Part shown: piece by piece, positions 58,825-64,000 of the stretch
How the letters are laid out: the number at the start of each line of letters is the position of its first letter
How positions within the stretch are numbered: position 1 is the stretch's first letter
Virus record (IMG/VR): IMGVR_UViG_3300044701_002789
Location: 194,363-258,362 of that record
Reading direction: 5' to 3' (one strand)
Length of the DNA stretch: 64,000 nucleotides
Made by a program: the position numbers and the translations under genes
The notes under the pieces: model-generated
Told to the model about the DNA's origin: nothing
Seen by the model: the letters and a program-made list of their open reading frames with translations, nothing else
Database searches by the model: none

Positions 58825-58850
58825 AAAAAACCCCCGAATTTCTTCGGGGG
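58825..58850 (-). terminator. intrinsic terminator
   Basis: CCCCCGAA-GAAA-TTCGGGGG followed by T6. Confidence 0.85.
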
Positions 58851-58857
58851 AAAATAA

Positions 58858-59133
58858 TTATAATATTTCATCAAGTACTTCTGGATTTTCTAGATCTAAT
58901 TCAAATAGGCAAGGATGACATTCTTCATCTATGAGATAAAATGAACATTTGAAAAAAATTTCTGGTGTCATTAAAAGTTGTTCTTCCGCCTTTTTAATTA
59001 TTTCCGGATCATTTTGTAAAGTGTCTGGTATCTCATCAAATGTAAAAGGTATCATATTGATATAATATGTTTTTATAATAAACTTTTCATAATCTGTTTT
59101 ATACCAAGTGTAGGCATATGTGATACGATACAT
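58858..59133 (-). CDS. hypothetical protein
   Basis: 91-aa ORF. Confidence 0.7.
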   Translation of the reverse strand: MYRITYAYTWYKTDYEKFIIKTYYINMIPFTFDEIPDTLQNDPEIIKKAEEQLLMTPEIFFKCSFYLIDEECHPCLFELDLENPEVLDEIL

Positions 59134-59154
59134 TATTGGAGATTTTATGAATAT

Positions 59155-59334
59155 TTATTTGAATTCAATTGGGTGGTATTTTAGATATTCATAAAATGTT
59201 AACTTCATTTCTTTATTTGTCATTCCACAATGTTCTGCGGCTTGAGGAAGATTCATTTTAGAATAAAAGAGTCCTTCATTAGATTCTTTTACATTTTGTG
59301 GAGTTGTTTTTACTCTTACTTCATTTGAGTTCAT
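59155..59334 (-). CDS. small hypothetical protein (possible HTH-like)
   Basis: 59-aa ORF read manually, MNLPQAAEHCGMT.KEMK. Confidence 0.6.
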   Translation of the reverse strand: MNSNEVRVKTTPQNVKESNEGLFYSKMNLPQAAEHCGMTNKEMKLTFYEYLKYHPIEFK

Positions 59335-59366
59335 GTTGCATGATTGTTTAGAGTTTATTCATATTA

Positions 59367-62300
59367 TCATGCAATTCCTGCATTGTCAAGTCTCTGTTTT
59401 AGTTCATCAATTTGTTGTTGTTGGTTTTCAATGATTTCTTGTTGTTCTTGAATTGCTTTGATGATTGGGGAGATGAATTCCCCATAACTTAACCCCTGTA
59501 TACTATCCGGATCACTTAGATCTGTCAGAACCCAACCTGCAAAATCAGGAATATCAAATTCTTTCCATGTTTTTTCCACTTCTTGTGCTATAAAACCATA
59601 ATGGGTTCTTAGTCCTGGTTTAGATTCGGTTATTTTTTCTCCGGTTTCTTCATCCACTTTTTCAATGTAACCTCCAGTTATCCATTTATAAGAAACTGGA
59701 TTTAATTTTTTAATAAATTCTAACCCAAGTTTTGATGGTGTGATATCTATTTTTTCTCTTCTATCTGATGGTTGTATTTGTTGGTTCTGTGCATATACTA
59801 CAGACCAAAATCTATTAGTTGTTCCAAGGCTGTAAGTATTTGAATCTGTTGGCTGAACATCATCTTTAAATCTTATGTCCCCATTAGTGGATTCAAATAT
59901 CATATTTCTATTGGTTGCTTCAATTTTAATTTGACCACCATCTGCCCCGATACTAAATACACTATTATTATTTTGAACAATACCATAACAACCACTTAAA
60001 TTAGTATTGTTCCTATAAGCGACAATATTTCCATCAGATTGTAGTGCTGCAAAAGGAAAATTTCCAAAATTTGAATTCATACTTCGGGCATAAAAATCCA
60101 ATCCTTGTTCAATACCATTAGATCTCACATTATTGACTGCACCGTTTGGTTCTGTTGTTTGCCATGCTGGGTTTGTTGAATATGTTAATGTTGCAGCTGA
60201 ACTTTGCCTTCTTGATAATTCATAAACATTAAATCCACCAAAATCGGATGCCTTTTTAACCCAAAGTTGCATATTGGTAGTCCATCCACCACTGATAACT
60301 TTGAATGAATCATTAACAATATGGAATGAATTGGTGGTTCCTCCTTTAGATAATATTTTAACCTCTACTGTTGGATTTGTATTTATTGAATTAGATCTAA
60401 AGAACACTGATATAATAGCAGAATCATGTCCACTAGTTGCTTCATTTACAAAACCTAGAATCAAAGTACAATCAGCAAACTGAACTGTTCCTGTAGAAAA
60501 TGTTGCAATTAATGCCCATGTATTTGCTGATGCGGATGACCCATTTTGCGTGGAACAAACCAGTCTTCCAAATGATCTAGAATCTAAATCATCTAATAAG
60601 TCGGCATTTAAATTATTAACTTTGGTTGTTGAATTAACGGAAAGTGGTGAGGTTCCAGTTGCAATACTGGAAATTAATTGCGATGAGGCAGTTATTGATC
60701 CAGTAACATCTAATGCTGTGGTTGGATTATTCTTCTTAATGCCAACATCACCATTTGTAGTAATTCTTATTCCACCAATAGTGTTTCGCCAAGGGGCAAT
60801 GACAAAGTTTGCAGTGCTATTTTCAGTTCCTCCTGAAAATATAATTCCTTTATCGCCAGCAGATACAATAGAATTGTAACTACCATTCAAAAGTCCATTA
60901 TGAAAATCTATAAATCCTTGCCCAGAAATTCTAAATTCTGGATCATTATTATTGGATGTACCTGCCCAAACATCTAATCTTGCATTTGTTATATCAGTTC
61001 TTATACCAACATTACCAGAAAAATTCAATAATCCATCGGAAACATTCGTTATTCTATATGTAAAATCATTATCATCAGTATCTGTCAAATGAAAATCAAT
61101 ATATCTACCAATTTCCATTACACCATCACTACCAACATAAGGAATAACGCCAAAATAATTTTGTAATCCTGTTGTATCAAACCCATCTAATAAGTCGGCA
61201 TTCAAATTAGTAACAACTTGAGTAGAATTAACTGAAAATGGTGCCGATCCTGATGATGGTGTTCCCGCAACAGTTGAAATAAACCGACTCGCTGTTATAT
61301 TTGCAGCAACAGAAACTTGTCCCGGAAAACTACTATTTCCGGAACCGTCGAGAAGAGTAAGAGTTCTTGAGAGTGTTGTAAAATCTCCAGAGTATTGTCT
61401 TACATAAATCGGTTCAGATGCATCATCTGCAGTAGCAATTTCTGCATATCCAGCATTAGTTGCAGTTCCACCAACTAAAATTCTGAACTGATCATTATCT
61501 GCCATCGAAGCGCGAATAAGTTCCGTTGTACCTGAACCAGTCGCAGTTCTGATAAGTCTACCAGTGAAGTCATTTGCGCTAAAATTCCCCGAAGAATCTC
61601 TTCTTATTAGAGTATTTGCAGTATTTGCTTCATCTTGTATAATTGAGTTCATACTCTCATTAGCGGATAATGTAATACCATTATTAAAATATACTGAACC
61701 ATTATCACCATTTCTTATGCAAATTAGAATCCAATTATAAGGAACATCTAAAACGGAAGTATATGAAACAACGCGGAAGTTTTCTGGTTTAGTACCATTG
61801 TTAGATCCAATTGGCAAAATATAGTAAAGTGCTTCCCACGCATTAAGAAGAATACCATCGGAAGTTGCATTTCTAGTTGGAGCACCACCATCTACAGTAA
61901 TTGGTCCAGTTATCGGGCAAACGATATCAAAATATCCATTACTACTAAAATTATTACCGTAACCATTTGAAATTACAATAAATCTTGATGACCAAGAAAC
62001 ACTATAAGAAGGATTAACTTTAATTGTTCCACCACCAGTCAGATTGCGATTTGATCTAAGTGCGGATGCAAATAATGTTGTTGTTATTCCACACCAAACA
62101 TCAGCATCTAACCCACTACCAAAACCATCATTTAAATTCGTCCATATTTTAGCCCAACCACTTGTCCCTAAATTATTTGTTGAACGATAATATAGATTCA
62201 AACTATCTGTATATTTTGATGCAAATTGCATTGCATAGTAAGTTGGTGATGCATCTGTTGTTGTTACTGATAACAAGTGCATTTGATTTCCGGCAATAGG

Positions 62301-64000
62301 CCATCCTTCCGCAGTTGTGGCAGTTTGAGTTTGATAAAATCCAGTATCAATTCTGGATGTTATATTTTCTATATTTTGAGATCCTAATGTAAATGTAGTA
62401 GTAAGTGCCCCACTAATTCCTTGAATTCCTTGTATACCTTGTGCCCCTTGAGTTCCCGTAGCACCTTGAACTGAAGCACCTTGAACTGAATCCCCCCTAA
62501 GACCCTGTGTTCCTTGTGATCCTTGTACAGAATTACCTGGAGAACCTGCAGTACCTTGAGTGCCTTGAATTGAAGTTCCTTGTGTTCCTTGAGTACCTTG
62601 AACAGAAGTGCCTTGAGAACCTGAAGTACCTTGAGTACCTTGTACTGAAGTTCCTTGAGTACCTTGAGTACCTTGAGTTCCTTGAACCGAAGTACCTTGA
62701 GCACCTTGAGGTCCAACATTTGTATAAATTTCCCAGGTAGTTCCATCGTAAATAAAATCTACGATTATACCTTTAACATCAAGTATGAAATCGTCATTAA
62801 TTCCTTCTATTAAAGAACCATTTCTTAATATAGTTAAATTATTTGTTGACCAATCTTGACCATCGGCAAAAGCAACAAAATCACCCTCTGAAGGTAAAGC
62901 GGGTAGAGTAATTGCAAAAGATCCTCCAGAAGTATCTGCAATAACTCTTTCGTTTTTTATTGCAGTATATGTGGTAGTTACTCTTTTCCAAGGATTAAAT
63001 TGTCCAGAAGGACCATCTAAACCTCTAGTACCTTGAGTACCTTGTACTGAAGTTCCTTGAGTACCTTGGATACCTTGAGTTCCTTGTACAGAATTACCTG
63101 GAGTACCTGCAGTACCTTGGGTTCCTTGTACTGAAGTTCCTTGTGTTCCTTGAGTACCTGTAGATCCTTGAACACTTGTTCCTTGAGATCCTGCAGTACC
63201 TTGGGTTCCTTGTACTGAAGTTCCTTGTGTTCCTTGAGTACCTGTAGATCCTTGAACACTTGTTCCTTGAGATCCTGCAGTACCTTGTGTGCCCTGAATT
63301 GAAGTACCTTGGGTTCCTTGAGTTCCCTGAGATCCTGTGGTTCCTTGAGTTCCCTGAGATCCTGTGGTTCCTTGAGTACCTTGAGTTCCCTGAGTACCTG
63401 TAGATCCTTGAACACTTGTTCCTTGAGATCCAGAAGTACCTTGAGTGCCTTGAATTGAAGTACCTTGGGTTCCTTGAGTTCCCTGAGATCCTGTAGTTCC
63501 TTGTGATCCTTGAATACCTTGAGTACCTTGGGTTCCCTGAGTACCTGTAGATCCTTGAACACTTGTTCCTTGAGATCCTGCAGTACCTTGTGTGCCCTGA
63601 ATTGAAGTACCTTGGGTTCCTTGAGTTCCCTGAGATCCTGTGGTTCCTTGAGTTCCCTGAGATCCTGTGGTTCCTTGAGATCCTGTGGTTCCTTGAGTAC
63701 CTTGTGTTCCTTGAGATCCACCTAGTCCTTGAACACTTGTTCCTTGAGTACCTTGAGAACCTGTGGTTCCTTGTGTTCCTTGAGTACCTTGAGTACCTTG
63801 AGATCCTGTAGTTCCCTGAGTACCTTGAGTACCTTGAGTACCTTGAGATCCTGTAGTTCCCTGAGTACCTTGTGTTCCTTGAGATCCTGTGGTTCCTTGA
63901 GTACCTTGTGTTCCTTGAGATCCACCTAGTCCTTGAACACTTGTTCCTTGAGTACCTTGAGAACCTGTGGTTCCTTGTGTTCCTTGAGTACCTTGAGTAC
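59367..64000 (-). CDS. collagen-like long tail fibre with C-terminal peptidase S74 chaperone (5' end outside window)
   Basis: The 971-aa track ORF is in frame with upstream ...QGIQGISGALTTTFTLGSQ... and stays open toward 64000. Contains NADLLD repeats, a DTSGG.F.ITLP..P..GD domain, SDRREK and GFIAQEV. Confidence 0.88.
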   Translation of the reverse strand, partial: TQGTQGTQGTTGSQGTQGTSVQGLGGSQGTQGTQGTTGSQGTQGTQGTTGSQGTQGTQGTQGTTGSQGTQGTQGTQGTTGSQGTQGTSVQGLGGSQGTQGTQGTTGSQGTTGSQGTQGTTGSQGTQGTQGTSIQGTQGTAGSQGTSVQGSTGTQGTQGTQGIQGSQGTTGSQGTQGTQGTSIQGTQGTSGSQGTSVQGSTGTQGTQGTQGTTGSQGTQGTTGSQGTQGTQGTSIQGTQGTAGSQGTSVQGSTGTQGTQGTSVQGTQGTAGSQGTSVQGSTGTQGTQGTSVQGTQGTAGTPGNSVQGTQGIQGTQGTSVQGTQGTRGLDGPSGQFNPWKRVTTTYTAIKNERVIADTSGGSFAITLPALPSEGDFVAFADGQDWSTNNLTILRNGSLIEGINDDFILDVKGIIVDFIYDGTTWEIYTNVGPQGAQGTSVQGTQGTQGTQGTSVQGTQGTSGSQGTSVQGTQGTQGTSIQGTQGTAGSPGNSVQGSQGTQGLRGDSVQGASVQGATGTQGAQGIQGIQGISGALTTTFTLGSQNIENITSRIDTGFYQTQTATTAEGWPIAGNQMHLLSVTTTDASPTYYAMQFASKYTDSLNLYYRSTNNLGTSGWAKIWTNLNDGFGSGLDADVWCGITTTLFASALRSNRNLTGGGTIKVNPSYSVSWSSRFIVISNGYGNNFSSNGYFDIVCPITGPITVDGGAPTRNATSDGILLNAWEALYYILPIGSNNGTKPENFRVVSYTSVLDVPYNWILICIRNGDNGSVYFNNGITLSANESMNSIIQDEANTANTLIRRDSSGNFSANDFTGRLIRTATGSGTTELIRASMADNDQFRILVGGTATNAGYAEIATADDASEPIYVRQYSGDFTTLSRTLTLLDGSGNSSFPGQVSVAANITASRFISTVAGTPSSGSAPFSVNSTQVVTNLNADLLDGFDTTGLQNYFGVIPYVGSDGVMEIGRYIDFHLTDTDDNDFTYRITNVSDGLLNFSGNVGIRTDITNARLDVWAGTSNNNDPEFRISGQGFIDFHNGLLNGSYNSIVSAGDKGIIFSGGTENSTANFVIAPWRNTIGGIRITTNGDVGIKKNNPTTALDVTGSITASSQLISSIATGTSPLSVNSTTKVNNLNADLLDDLDSRSFGRLVCSTQNGSSASANTWALIATFSTGTVQFADCTLILGFVNEATSGHDSAIISVFFRSNSINTNPTVEVKILSKGGTTNSFHIVNDSFKVISGGWTTNMQLWVKKASDFGGFNVYELSRRQSSAATLTYSTNPAWQTTEPNGAVNNVRSNGIEQGLDFYARSMNSNFGNFPFAALQSDGNIVAYRNNTNLSGCYGIVQNNNSVFSIGADGGQIKIEATNRNMIFESTNGDIRFKDDVQPTDSNTYSLGTTNRFWSVVYAQNQQIQPSDRREKIDITPSKLGLEFIKKLNPVSYKWITGGYIEKVDEETGEKITESKPGLRTHYGFIAQEVEKTWKEFDIPDFAGWVLTDLSDPDSIQGLSYGEFISPIIKAIQEQQEIIENQQQQIDELKQRLDNAGIA
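62408..64000 (-). repeat. collagen-like coding repeats with periodic GTS(V/I)Q interruptions
   Basis: Two blocks (~62408-62714 and ~63010-64000). Confidence 0.85.

Noticed and set aside
59367-62282. Track ORF treated as a complete 971-aa gene
   Set aside because: The frame stays open upstream through the collagen blocks toward the window end; the Met at 62282 is internal.

Overview
This is a 64-kb segment of a large, AT-rich T4-like (myovirus) phage genome. It is most likely a cyanophage, inferred from gene content, T4-type late promoters and recurring VGIGT/GIST-type fibre motifs. Almost every gene is on the minus strand. Positions 1-14,090 look like an early/accessory region: many small ORFs, a partial peptide deformylase, an RNA ligase 1 + P-loop kinase + metallophosphoesterase trio, a GIY-YIG homing endonuclease and an SF2 helicase. 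This region also carries six copies of a promoter-like element (palindrome, ~30-bp spacer, -10 box). Positions 14,091-37,581 form a tightly packed island in which glycosyltransferases, methyltransferases, a sulfotransferase, 2OG-Fe(II) oxygenases and a glycosidase-like propeller are interleaved with proline-free Thr/Ser/Gln collagen-like fibres, fibre chaperones and three RCC1/BLIP-II propeller genes built from 28 near-identical repeats with hypervariable loops. Positions 37,591-64,000 encode virion tail, baseplate and fibre proteins, including three LamG-like lectins. The best candidate for an undescribed system is the island: a fibre-associated glycan-decoration pathway coupled to a recombination-diversified propeller array, with an A12 tract that splits a methyltransferase fusion. 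No rRNA, tRNA, CRISPR array or reverse transcriptase was seen. All functional calls come from motif recognition by eye; no searches were run.
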